Source: an uncultured Oscillospiraceae bacterium
GTDB taxonomy: Bacteria; Bacillota; Clostridia; RUG12999
Direction of reading: 5' to 3'
Length of the DNA stretch: 61,358 bases
Assembly (NCBI GenBank): GCA_964418245.1
Contig: CAYQKW010000005.1
Coordinates: 1 to 61,358, forward strand
Below are positions 30,294 to 39,344 of the stretch, in pieces. Position 1 is the first letter of the stretch, and the number at the start of each line of letters is the position of its first letter. The notes beneath the pieces were generated by a model. The model made no database searches. It had not been told where the DNA came from and worked only from the letters and a program-made list of their open reading frames with translations. The position numbers were made by a program, and so were the translations under genes.

Positions 30294-30392
30294 ATGAATT
30301 AAGTTAAATATAATCTCTTTTATTTATCCCCTGCTTAAATGAGATTTAAACTAATATATTGCCGATACAGGGCGGCGGAATGGAGAATACAT

Positions 30393-32450
30393 ATGTTTGA
30401 AAGACAAACGGAATGGGAAGGCTTTAAAGGCGTTAAATGGATTGAAGGCGTAAACGTTCGTGATTTTATTCAGCAGAACTACACACCTTACGATGGCGAC
30501 GCATCTTTTTTGGCTCCCGCAACAGAAGCAACAAAACAGCTTTGGGATAAAGTTATGGACTTGTCCGCAAAGGAAAGAGAAGCAGGCGGCGTTCTCGATA
30601 TGGATACAAAAATCGTATCTACAATCACATCGCACGGTGCAGGATATTTAGATAAAAACCTCGAAAAAATCGTAGGACTTCAGACAGATAAACCGTTCAA
30701 ACGTTCACTTCAGCCTTTCGGCGGAATAAGAATGGCACAGAACGCTTGCCGCGAAAACGGCTACGAAGTTGACCCGGAAGTTGTTAATATATTTACAAAC
30801 TACCGAAAAACTCACAATCAAGGTGTTTTCGACGTATATACACCGGAAATGCGTCTTGCAAGAAAATCCGCAATCATCACAGGATTGCCCGATGCATACG
30901 GCAGAGGCAGAATCATAGGCGACTACAGACGTGTCGCACTCTATGGTGTCGACCTTTTGATTCAGGACAAGCAACACCAGAGAGATACATCGCTCGTAAG
31001 AATGACATCGAAAAACATTCGTCTTCGCGAAGAGCTCAGCGAACAGCTCCGTGCACTTGAAGAACTCAAGGAACTCGGCAAAATTTACGGATATGATATA
31101 TCACGTCCGGCAAAAAATGCACACGAAGCCGTACAATGGTTATACTTCGGATACCTTGCCGCCGTTAAAGAACAGAACGGTGCGGCAATGAGTTTGGGAA
31201 GAACATCAACATTCCTTGATATTTATATAGAAAGAGACCTTAAAGCCGGTATCATAACAGAGCAGGAAGCTCAAGAAATAATCGACCATTTCATAATGAA
31301 ACTTCGTCTTGTTAAATTCGCACGTACACCGGAATATAACGAAGTGTTCGCCGGCGACCCGACATGGGTTACGGAAAGCATCGGCGGTGTCGGCATAAAC
31401 GGCAGACACCTTGTAACGAAAAACTCTTTCAGATATTTGCATACGCTTGAAAACCTCGGAACGGCTCCGGAACCGAACTTAACTGTTTTATGGTCTGTTT
31501 CGTTGCCGAGAAGCTTTAAAGAATATTGTGCAAAGATTTCAATACAAACATCTTCCGTACAATATGAAAACGATGATATGATGCGTGAAATTCACGGTGA
31601 TGACTATGCAATAGCTTGCTGCGTATCTTCCATGAAAGTCGGCAAAGAAATGCAGTTCTTCGGTGCAAGAGCAAACCTTGCAAAATGCTTGCTTTACGCA
31701 ATCAACGGCGGTATGGACGAGCGTCTTAAAATCCAGGTTGGTCCGAAATATCGTCCGATAACTTCGGAATATCTTGATTTCGATGAAGTTATGGAAAGAT
31801 ATGATGCAATGATGGAATGGCTTGCCGGTATTTATGTTAATACATTGAACATCATTCATTATATGCATGATAAATATTGCTACGAACGTATTCAGATGGC
31901 ACTCCACGACAGAGATGTCAAGAGATATTTCGCAACAGGTATTGCCGGACTTTCGGTTGTTGCCGATTCACTCAGTGCAATCAAATACGCAAAAGTTAAA
32001 GCTGTACGTGACGAGGACGGTATTGTTACAAGCTATGAAGTTGAGGGTGATTTCCCGAAATACGGCAACAACGACGACAGAGTTGACAGACTTGCCGTTG
32101 ACCTTGTAAATACGTTCATGGAAAAAGTGAGAAAACATCACACATACCGCGACAGTTATCCCACAGCTTCGATACTCACAATAACATCTAACGTTGTATA
32201 CGGCAAAAAGACAGGCGATACACCGGACGGCAGAAAAATGGGACAGCCTCTTGCTCCGGGAGCAAACCCGATGCACGGCAGAGATACTCACGGTGCGGCC
32301 GCATCTCTTGCTTCCGTATCGAAACTTCCGTTTAAAAATGCACAGGACGGTATTTCAAATACATTTACAATCATTCCGGATGCACTCGGAAAAGACGACA
32401 AAGTATTCATGGGCGATATTGACCTTGATATGCTTAAAAACGAGGACTGA
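30393..32450 (+). CDS. pflB: Pyruvate formate-lyase, large catalytic fragment lacking the glycyl-radical domain
   Basis: The start [11 protein letters not shown] follows GGAG. The catalytic ACCVS cysteines are present. PFL homology ends at ..[10 protein letters not shown], followed by a 16-aa non-homologous tail and a stop. Confidence 0.85.
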   Translation: MFERQTEWEGFKGVKWIEGVNVRDFIQQNYTPYDGDASFLAPATEATKQLWDKVMDLSAKEREAGGVLDMDTKIVSTITSHGAGYLDKNLEKIVGLQTDKPFKRSLQPFGGIRMAQNACRENGYEVDPEVVNIFTNYRKTHNQGVFDVYTPEMRLARKSAIITGLPDAYGRGRIIGDYRRVALYGVDLLIQDKQHQRDTSLVRMTSKNIRLREELSEQLRALEELKELGKIYGYDISRPAKNAHEAVQWLYFGYLAAVKEQNGAAMSLGRTSTFLDIYIERDLKAGIITEQEAQEIIDHFIMKLRLVKFARTPEYNEVFAGDPTWVTESIGGVGINGRHLVTKNSFRYLHTLENLGTAPEPNLTVLWSVSLPRSFKEYCAKISIQTSSVQYENDDMMREIHGDDYAIACCVSSMKVGKEMQFFGARANLAKCLLYAINGGMDERLKIQVGPKYRPITSEYLDFDEVMERYDAMMEWLAGIYVNTLNIIHYMHDKYCYERIQMALHDRDVKRYFATGIAGLSVVADSLSAIKYAKVKAVRDEDGIVTSYEVEGDFPKYGNNDDRVDRLAVDLVNTFMEKVRKHHTYRDSYPTASILTITSNVVYGKKTGDTPDGRKMGQPLAPGANPMHGRDTHGAAASLASVSKLPFKNAQDGISNTFTIIPDALGKDDKVFMGDIDLDMLKNED

Positions 32451-32452
32451 TT

Positions 32453-32635
32453 ATGAACAGCGAACAAGAGCTTATTGATACTATTGACAAGCTTATGCAG
32501 AACGGCAGCGGACATATTTTTGTATCAGCCGACGGCGAAGCGTTCACTCAGCCGTGTTCGGATTGCACAAACGGTGATTTTGCCTGCAAAACACCCACTG
32601 TGTCCGACTGCGATTTTGAAGAATACACAAAATAA
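32453..32635 (+). CDS. 60-aa Cys-rich acidic protein inserted between the two PFL pieces
   Basis: Its ATG lies 2 nt after the pflB stop, preceded by GAGGA. The sequence ends ..[28 protein letters not shown] recognise no family. Confidence 0.5.
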   Translation: MNSEQELIDTIDKLMQNGSGHIFVSADGEAFTQPCSDCTNGDFACKTPTVSDCDFEEYTK

Positions 32636-32675
32636 AATATTGTCCGCATTTGTGCGGACGGATTGGAGAATTATT

Positions 32676-32909
32676 ATGTCACAGCAAATAGAAAACTTAA
32701 TTTCACTTCTTGACGGTTATGTTGAAAAAGGCGGACATCATCTTAATGTAAACGTGCTTACAAAAGAAACTCTTTTGGATGCACAGGCACATCCGGAAAA
32801 ATATCCGCAGCTTACAATACGTGTTTCCGGTTATGCGGTAAACTTTATTAAGCTTACAAAACAGCAGCAGGACGACGTAATTTCACGTACTTTCCATCAA
32901 GCTATATAA
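32676..32909 (+). CDS. Stand-alone glycyl-radical domain (PFL C-terminus / GrcA-like), 77 aa
   Basis: [77 protein letters not shown] aligns with the E. coli PflB C-terminus, including the RVSGYAV radical glycine. It has its own GGAG and ATG. Confidence 0.85.
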   Translation: MSQQIENLISLLDGYVEKGGHHLNVNVLTKETLLDAQAHPEKYPQLTIRVSGYAVNFIKLTKQQQDDVISRTFHQAI

Positions 32910-32915
32910 ACAAAA

Positions 32916-32951
32916 AAAAGATGGCTGTTGCAACGCAACGGTCATCTTTTT
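32916..32951 (+). terminator. Hairpin plus T-run between the Gly-radical domain gene and pflA (terminator/attenuator)
   Basis: aaaagatggctgttgc / gcaacggtcatctttt with two mismatches, followed by Ts. Confidence 0.5.
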
Positions 32952-32967
32952 ACTTACGGAGGATATT

Positions 32968-33726
32968 ATGAAAGGATATATACATTCAACCGAATCGTTC
33001 GGCACGGTTGACGGACCGGGTATACGCTTTGTTGTTTTCACGCAGGGCTGCCCGCTGCGGTGTTTATATTGTCACAATCCCGATACATGGCAGACAAATC
33101 AAGGCACATTACGCAGCACGGACGATATTTTAAAAGAATATGACGGTGTGAAAGAATTTTTAAAATCAGGCGGAATAACCGTCACCGGCGGCGAACCGCT
33201 TATGCAGATTGATTTTGTTACGGAACTTTTTGAAAAAGCAAAAAAACAAGGTATAAACACTTGTCTTGATACGTCCGGTGCGATATTTCAAAAAGATAAT
33301 GCGGAATTGCTCAAAAGATTCGACAGGCTTATGAACGTTACTGATACCGTTATGCTCGATATAAAGCATATTGATGAAACGGAACACATTAAACTTACGG
33401 GACGCACAAACAAAAATATTCTCGATTTTGCCGAATACCTTTCCGAAAAACCTCTTTCGCTTTGGATTCGCCACGTTGTTGTATATGATATAACATATAA
33501 CGAAGAATATTTATATAAACTCGGCTATTTCATCGGCGGACTTAAAAATCTTAAGGCACTTGATGTTCTCCCCTATCATAATATGGGCGAAGTTAAATAT
33601 GAATCGCTTGATATTACATATCCTCTCAAAGACGTTGAACCGACCTCCAAAGAAGATGCAAAACACGCACGTGAGATTATTATCTCAGGTATGAAAAAAC
33701 GATTAAAAGATGGGTACACTCAATAA
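32968..33726 (+). CDS. pflA: Pyruvate formate-lyase activating enzyme
   Basis: GYIHSTESFGTVDGPGIRFVVFTQGCPLRCLYCHNPDTW. Confidence 0.9.
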   Translation: MKGYIHSTESFGTVDGPGIRFVVFTQGCPLRCLYCHNPDTWQTNQGTLRSTDDILKEYDGVKEFLKSGGITVTGGEPLMQIDFVTELFEKAKKQGINTCLDTSGAIFQKDNAELLKRFDRLMNVTDTVMLDIKHIDETEHIKLTGRTNKNILDFAEYLSEKPLSLWIRHVVVYDITYNEEYLYKLGYFIGGLKNLKALDVLPYHNMGEVKYESLDITYPLKDVEPTSKEDAKHAREIIISGMKKRLKDGYTQ

Positions 33727-33747
33727 AAATTAACATTTTTTATTCAC

Positions 33748-33781
33748 AGCGGTATAGTTTTTCTATACCGCTTCGTTTTTA
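33748..33781 (+). terminator. Intrinsic terminator after pflA
   Basis: Stem agcggtatag / ctataccgct followed by a T-run. Confidence 0.7.
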
Positions 33782-33823
33782 TCAATAAGCTTTACACCGG
33801 CATAAAATCCGCTTAGATAATCC

Positions 33824-33852
33824 TTGACAAATCCTTTGCAATATGATATAAT
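33824..33852 (+). promoter_or_regulatory. Consensus promoter TTGACA-17-TATAAT
   Basis: ttgaca at 33824..33829 and tataat at 33847..33852. Confidence 0.65.
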
Positions 33853-33856
33853 GTAT

Positions 33857-34020
33857 TTACCACATACTAATATTTTAATATTTATTTTGAGATATTCTTG
33901 AGAATATCTTTGTTTTGCTGTTCTATTATTGCTATATCAAACAAATTTGTGTTTATGTTAAAAACGCAGGCTTTATATTATTTGTTTGATAAGCAAATTC
34001 AGAATATTAGTGTGTGGTAA
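33857..34020 (+). ncRNA. 164-nt element closed by an 18-bp helix: a structured leader RNA or a MITE-like insertion
   Basis: ttaccacatactaatatt (33857..33874) pairs with aatattagtgtgtggtaa (34003..34020), with one G-U pair. Internal perfect hairpins lie at 33890..33909 and at 33935..33946 with 33980..33991. There is no ORF. Confidence 0.45.
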
Positions 34021-34042
34021 CCTAAATTCAGAGCCTCGTTTT

Positions 34043-34080
34043 TATGCGTGGCAATGGTTTAAGTTGCCACGCATTTTTTA
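34043..34080 (+). terminator. Intrinsic terminator in the leader, upstream of the 34134 gene
   Basis: 11-bp perfect stem atgcgtggcaa / ttgccacgcat followed by ttttttattttt. Confidence 0.75.
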
Positions 34081-34133
34081 TTTTTGCGTGAGCCTTGAGA
34101 AAGGAGTTTTTTTATGTTGTCGGTGGGCAAAAG

Positions 34134-34871
34134 ATGAAATCAATTTTTACAAAAGAAAGGATTTTTTTAAATGAAAAAACATTAAAAGGCTATTTGCTCG
34201 GGGTTTTAAGTACAACCGTTTTGGCAACGGGATTTGCTTATGCGGCAAATACAACCACCCTCTATGATGTGATTGCCAATGGAATTAAAATTGTTATTGA
34301 CGGTCAAAAAATCAATCCTACGGATGCTAACGGAAACACTGTTGAACCTATTATATATAACGGAACAACATATTTACCCGTAAGAGCAGTTGCAAACGCA
34401 CTCGGCAAGGCAGTGTATTGGGACGGACCGAATTATACGGTTTATCTCGGAGATATGAACGGAACATTGGAATATCCGTCTGTAGAGTTGGAAGATATGA
34501 CAAGTATCGGTGACGAAGCATACGGCACAGACAGGTTGACAGATAATTACGGAAACAATTATGACCACGCTGTCTCCAACCGTTACGGCCACTGCAAATT
34601 GCAATATCTTTGCAATATGAAGTATTCAAAATTCAAAGGAACACTGTATGTTCCTGAAGGTGTAACAGGCAACGATTCTTGCTACTTATCCATTATTGCC
34701 GACGGTAAAACAATATACAAATCACCGGAAATGACTAAAACCTCCGCACCGGTTGATATTGACGTAAATATAACAGGTTATAATGATATAAAAATAACAT
34801 TTAGCGATGGTAACTTTGACAAAACATCCAGCACAATTGTATGCTTGGGTAATGCCGGATTTTATCAATAA
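34134..34871 (+). CDS. Secreted protein with a copper-amine-oxidase-like stalk domain and an NPCBM-like C-terminal domain
   Basis: Signal/anchor segment MKSIFTKERIFLNEKTLKGYLLGVLSTTVLATGFAYA, then the stalk motif YNGTTYLPVRAVANALGKAVYWD. The C-terminal domain call is weak. Confidence 0.6.
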   Translation: MKSIFTKERIFLNEKTLKGYLLGVLSTTVLATGFAYAANTTTLYDVIANGIKIVIDGQKINPTDANGNTVEPIIYNGTTYLPVRAVANALGKAVYWDGPNYTVYLGDMNGTLEYPSVELEDMTSIGDEAYGTDRLTDNYGNNYDHAVSNRYGHCKLQYLCNMKYSKFKGTLYVPEGVTGNDSCYLSIIADGKTIYKSPEMTKTSAPVDIDVNITGYNDIKITFSDGNFDKTSSTIVCLGNAGFYQ

Positions 34872-35125
34872 ACCGACAGCAAACCCGGAACAGTTTTATC
34901 AAGAATAAATGCACAGAGCCATTCGCACCCACCGGCAAAATCTTATTTTGAGTTTGGTTTTGATGTATCGGCAAAGGGCATATCACTTTAAAAAGCGATA
35001 TGCCCTTTTTATTTTTCTCCGCTTTGTAATTGCTAATTTTTTTAAACTTTCATTGACTTTTATTAAAATATATGATAAAATTTTAGTATATAATATAACA
35101 AAGAGCATTAACACAAAGGTGAAAC

Positions 35126-35425
35126 ATGAACACATTTGAAAAGATTTACGAAACGGTTAAAACAATACCCAAAGGCAAGGTTGCGACCTATGGGCAGGTG
35201 GCATTGCTTTCCGGAAATCCTCACTGGGCAAGAGTTGTTGGATATGCTTTGCACAACAACCCCGATACATCAGCTATTCCATGCCACAGAGTTGTGAATC
35301 GTGAGGGCAAAGTTGCCGCCGGCTTTGCTTTCGGCGGAAGCGAAACCCAAAGGCGGCTGCTTAAATCCGAAGGCATTGTTTTTGAATCCGACGGAACAAT
35401 CGATTTAAAAAAATATCGTATGTAA
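35126..35425 (+). CDS. MGMT-family (methylated-DNA-protein-cysteine methyltransferase DNA-binding domain) protein
   Basis: ATYGQVA and PCHRVV motifs; 99 aa. Confidence 0.8.
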   Translation: MNTFEKIYETVKTIPKGKVATYGQVALLSGNPHWARVVGYALHNNPDTSAIPCHRVVNREGKVAAGFAFGGSETQRRLLKSEGIVFESDGTIDLKKYRM

Positions 35426-35439
35426 ACAGGAGTGAAACT

Positions 35440-35790
35440 ATGATTAAATTTATATGTTATCCAAAATGTACAACTTGCAAAAAAGCACAAAAATATCTTG
35501 ACGACAACAACATCGAATACGAAGTTCGCGATATAAAAGAAAACAATCCGACTTTTGAGGAGCTTTCAAAATGGTATGCCGCAAGCGGACTTCCGTTAAA
35601 GAAATTCTTTAACACATCGGGACTTTTATATAAATCGCTTAACTTAAAAGACAAACTCCCCGATATGTCGGAAACCGAACAATTGGAATTGCTCGCTTCC
35701 GACGGAATGTTGGTGAAACGTCCGCTTTTCATCGGCAAAGATTTTGTTTTGGTCGGTTTCAAAGAAAGCGACCTGAAATGCAAATTTTAA
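35440..35790 (+). CDS. ArsC/Spx/YffB-family thioredoxin-fold protein
   Basis: 116 aa. The N-terminus is MIKFICYPKCTTCKKAQKYLDDNNIEYEVRDI. Confidence 0.75.
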   Translation: MIKFICYPKCTTCKKAQKYLDDNNIEYEVRDIKENNPTFEELSKWYAASGLPLKKFFNTSGLLYKSLNLKDKLPDMSETEQLELLASDGMLVKRPLFIGKDFVLVGFKESDLKCKF

Positions 35791-35854
35791 AATTAATACA
35801 GAATTGCCGTCGCAGGGCGGCCGATATAAATTAATATAAGGAAGTGAAGTTTTA

Positions 35855-37414
35855 TTGAAAGAGTTGCTTAAACAAAAAATAAACGAAGCCGTTTCATCGG
35901 TTTTTCCCATAACACTGATTGTACTGATTTTAAGTTTTACACACATTTCGCCCATGCCGGCGGGTATGCTTATTTTGTTCATATTCGGTGCCGTGATGCT
36001 TATTGTGGGAATGGGATTTTTTTCACTCGGTGCAGACCTCTCGATGATGCCCATGGGTACGGAAACGGGCAGAGCCGTTTTCGGTTCCGGAAAACTGCGT
36101 ATCATTCTGCCGATATGCTTTTTTATAGGTGTTGCCATCACCGTTGCCGAACCTGATTTGCAGGTGCTTGCCCGTCAATTCACAGCCGTACCGGATATGG
36201 TGATAATCATAACGGTTGCCGTGGGTGTGGGAATATTTCTTTGTGCCGCGGTGCTGAGAGAATATTTCTCCATACGGCTGAGAACCATGCTTATTTTCTT
36301 TTACGCCGTTATTTTTATACTTTCGGCTTTCATTCGTCCGGATTTTGTTCCCGTGGCGTTTGATTCCGGCGGTGTCACAACGGGACCTATAACCGTTCCG
36401 TTTATAATGGCATTCGGAATAGGTATTGCCGCCATGAGCAAAAACGAATCCGAAGAAAACAATTTCGGTCTTGTTGCGCTTTGCAGCATAGGTCCGATAC
36501 TTGCCGTGCTGTTAATGGGAATGACGGTAAATCAAACCGAAATTTTTCCGCCGGATTTTTACATTCCGGATATTGTTGATTCTCAGCAAGCCGGCAAACA
36601 ATTCGCAACCGGATTCCCGGTTTATATAAAAGAAGTTGCATTGGGGCTTTTGCCAATCATGGTGTTTTTCGTTATATTTCAGCTGATTACAAAGAAGTTT
36701 ACGAAAAAGAATATTATCAAAATGCTTATAGGCACACTTTATACATATATAGGTCTTGTTTTGTTCCTTACGGGTGCAAATATAGGATTTATGCCTGTCG
36801 GCAACTATATGGGAAAGCAGATAGCATCGCTTGAATTTAATGCTATTCTTATACCGCTCGGAATAATTATGGGGTATTTCATCGTTGCCGCCGAACCTGC
36901 CGTACACGTTTTGAAAAAACAGGTAGAGGAAGTTACAAACGGTGCAATCCCGGCAAAATCCATGCTTTTGAGCTTATCCATAGGTGTCGGAATATCTGTC
37001 GGAATATCCATGTTGCGTGTTTTAAGCGGTATATCCATATATTGGTTTATACTTCCCGGATATGCGCTTGCGCTTATTTTAAGCTTTTTCGTACCCGATG
37101 TGTTTACGGCTATTGCGTTTGACTCCGGCGGCGTTGCGAGCGGACCGATGACAGCGGCTTTCCTGTTGCCTTTTGCCATGGGAGCGTGCGGTGCCGTTGG
37201 CGGAAATCTTTTAACCGATGCTTTCGGTCTTGTGGCGATGGTTGCCATGACACCGCTTATAACAATACAGATTTTGGGATTGATTTACAACCGAAAACAA
37301 AGAAAAGCAACGGATTTCATATCCGATGAAGAGATTTATATAACCGATGATATAACGGATTATACACAATATGAGGAGGTGCGGCTGTGGAGAAGCTCGG
37401 CGGAGAACGAATAA
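35855..37414 (+). CDS. DUF1538-family polytopic membrane protein
   Basis: 519 aa, internally duplicated and hydrophobic, with repeated AFDSGGV(T/A)(T/S)GP(I/M)T motifs. The family call is from memory. Confidence 0.6.
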   Translation: MKELLKQKINEAVSSVFPITLIVLILSFTHISPMPAGMLILFIFGAVMLIVGMGFFSLGADLSMMPMGTETGRAVFGSGKLRIILPICFFIGVAITVAEPDLQVLARQFTAVPDMVIIITVAVGVGIFLCAAVLREYFSIRLRTMLIFFYAVIFILSAFIRPDFVPVAFDSGGVTTGPITVPFIMAFGIGIAAMSKNESEENNFGLVALCSIGPILAVLLMGMTVNQTEIFPPDFYIPDIVDSQQAGKQFATGFPVYIKEVALGLLPIMVFFVIFQLITKKFTKKNIIKMLIGTLYTYIGLVLFLTGANIGFMPVGNYMGKQIASLEFNAILIPLGIIMGYFIVAAEPAVHVLKKQVEEVTNGAIPAKSMLLSLSIGVGISVGISMLRVLSGISIYWFILPGYALALILSFFVPDVFTAIAFDSGGVASGPMTAAFLLPFAMGACGAVGGNLLTDAFGLVAMVAMTPLITIQILGLIYNRKQRKATDFISDEEIYITDDITDYTQYEEVRLWRSSAENE

Positions 37415-38055
37415 AAGCCTTAATTTCCGTAACCAAAAGAGGAAACGGAAACAAAATGGTGGATTTTTACAAGAAAAATAATTTGCATTATGATTTCATA
37501 TGCCTCGGTACAGGTACGGCAAATTCGGAAATTCTTGACTATCTCGGTCTTGAAACAAACGAAAAAGATGTTGTTATCACCATGATACCAACTTCAAAAA
37601 TCCCCGAAGTGATAAACGGTGTAACCGAAGAATTTAAACTTAAATTTCCCGGAAAAGGACTTGTTTTTACGGTTCCGCTCACAGCCGTGAGTTCAAGAAT
37701 ACAAAACATACTTTGCAAAAATACAGATACAAACAAGGAGGTTCCCATGAGCGACAGAAAATATGAACTTATATTGGCAGTGCTTAACCGAGGGTATGTT
37801 GACGATGCCATGAAAGCGGCAAAAAAAGCCGGTGCCAAGGGCGGAACGATTCTTCATGCCCGTCGTGTGGGATTTGAAGATGTTGAAAACATATTCGGAT
37901 TTACAATACAACCCGAAAAAGACATAATAATGATACTTGCGGATTCATCGATACGCCGCGAAATTATGCAAAATATAACCGAAGCCGCCGGAATAAATAC
38001 CGAAGCCAAAGCCTTGCTTCTTTCTCTCCCGGTGGACGAAATAAGCGGCATTTAA
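37387..38055 (+). CDS. Tandem P-II-like signal-transduction protein (partner of DUF1538)
   Basis: Two P-II-like halves (KALISVTKRG.., YELILAVLNRGYVDDAMKAAKKAGAKGGTILHARR). It overlaps the upstream gene by 28 nt. The start is uncertain. Confidence 0.55.
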   Translation: MEKLGGERIKALISVTKRGNGNKMVDFYKKNNLHYDFICLGTGTANSEILDYLGLETNEKDVVITMIPTSKIPEVINGVTEEFKLKFPGKGLVFTVPLTAVSSRIQNILCKNTDTNKEVPMSDRKYELILAVLNRGYVDDAMKAAKKAGAKGGTILHARRVGFEDVENIFGFTIQPEKDIIMILADSSIRREIMQNITEAAGINTEAKALLLSLPVDEISGI

Positions 38056-38285
38056 CATTGGTGAAAAACCGAACGTATTTGGTGTAAATCCGCAAAAACA
38101 ATATCAACCGAAAAATTGTTTTTTGCAATTATGTATTGATAAAAATATATGGCAAAGACGTTCATTCGTTTGAAATTTCAAGCGAAGAACGTCTTTTTGT
38201 TTTTAATCGAATTAACTCATTTGTTTTTCTTGTCGGTGCGGATATTATACCGAGAAAGCAAGCTTGCGGCACCGCTGAATATCCG

Positions 38286-39332
38286 TCACATTTTAAGTCT
38301 GAAAATTTCTTCTTCCGAAAATCCGGCTTTTGTAAGCGGACGCACAAAATCCTCATGAAAATCCGGAACATAATATTTCATATAATCAATCTCACCTTCA
38401 ACCGCATATTCGCCGAGTGCCGCCGGAATAAGAATGCTGTCTCCCGCCGAAAATTCAAGTTCACCGTCAGCATATGTGATTTTTCCGTTTCCCGAAACCG
38501 CAAGCAATATCCGAAAACTTTTCCCGTCTGCGGTTTCGTGGGCGGTTGTTTTTACTTCAACCTTTTCCGCACCGAAATAATCGCACGAACAAAGATATTT
38601 TCTAACCGCTCCGCATTCGTCAACTTCAATCGCGAAGGTTTTTTCATTGCCTTTTTTTGATGTTAAATCCGATACGTCAATTGCCTTTTCAATATGCAGT
38701 TCGCGCGGTTTTCCGTCTTTGCCGACCCTGCCCCAGTCATAAACACGATAGGTTGTGTTTGAATTTTGCTGTATTTCCGCAATAAGTATACCTGCGCCTA
38801 TTGCATGAACTGTACCCGATTTTATAAAAAAGGTGTCGCCTTTTTTTACGTCAACATAATTTAATATTGTTTCAAGCTTATTTTCTTTTATCGCATCGAA
38901 AAATTCTTCCCTGCCGACATCGCGGTTAAACCCGAACACAAGTTTTGCATTATCATCACAGTCAATAATATGCCACATTTCGGTTTTGCCGAGTTCGCCG
39001 TTTTCGTGAATATCGGCATACTTATCCTCCGGGTGAACTTGAACCGATAAATTGTCTTTTGCGTCAATCAATTTCAGCATAAGCGGAAATTTCTTGTTTT
39101 TATTAAGGCTTCCGACAAGTTTTTCGCCCAATTCCTGTTCAATTTCGGATATGTTTTTTCCGGTATATTCACCGTTTTCCGCCAGGGAACAGCCGTCTTT
39201 GTGCACGGCAACTTCCCAGCTTTCCGCCGTTATGTCATAGGGGCTTTTCTTTTTGTATTTTGTTTTTAAAAGAGTACCTCCCCATATATAATCTTTAAAT
39301 ACAGGGTTCATCTTTATCGGATAAATATTCAT
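38286..39332 (-). CDS. manA: Class I mannose-6-phosphate isomerase
   Basis: The N-terminus PIKMNPVFKDYIWGG and the cupin motifs QVHPED and TVHAIGAG. Confidence 0.8.
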   Translation of the reverse strand: MNIYPIKMNPVFKDYIWGGTLLKTKYKKKSPYDITAESWEVAVHKDGCSLAENGEYTGKNISEIEQELGEKLVGSLNKNKKFPLMLKLIDAKDNLSVQVHPEDKYADIHENGELGKTEMWHIIDCDDNAKLVFGFNRDVGREEFFDAIKENKLETILNYVDVKKGDTFFIKSGTVHAIGAGILIAEIQQNSNTTYRVYDWGRVGKDGKPRELHIEKAIDVSDLTSKKGNEKTFAIEVDECGAVRKYLCSCDYFGAEKVEVKTTAHETADGKSFRILLAVSGNGKITYADGELEFSAGDSILIPAALGEYAVEGEIDYMKYYVPDFHEDFVRPLTKAGFSEEEIFRLKM

Positions 39333-39344
39333 TGTAAACTCCTT

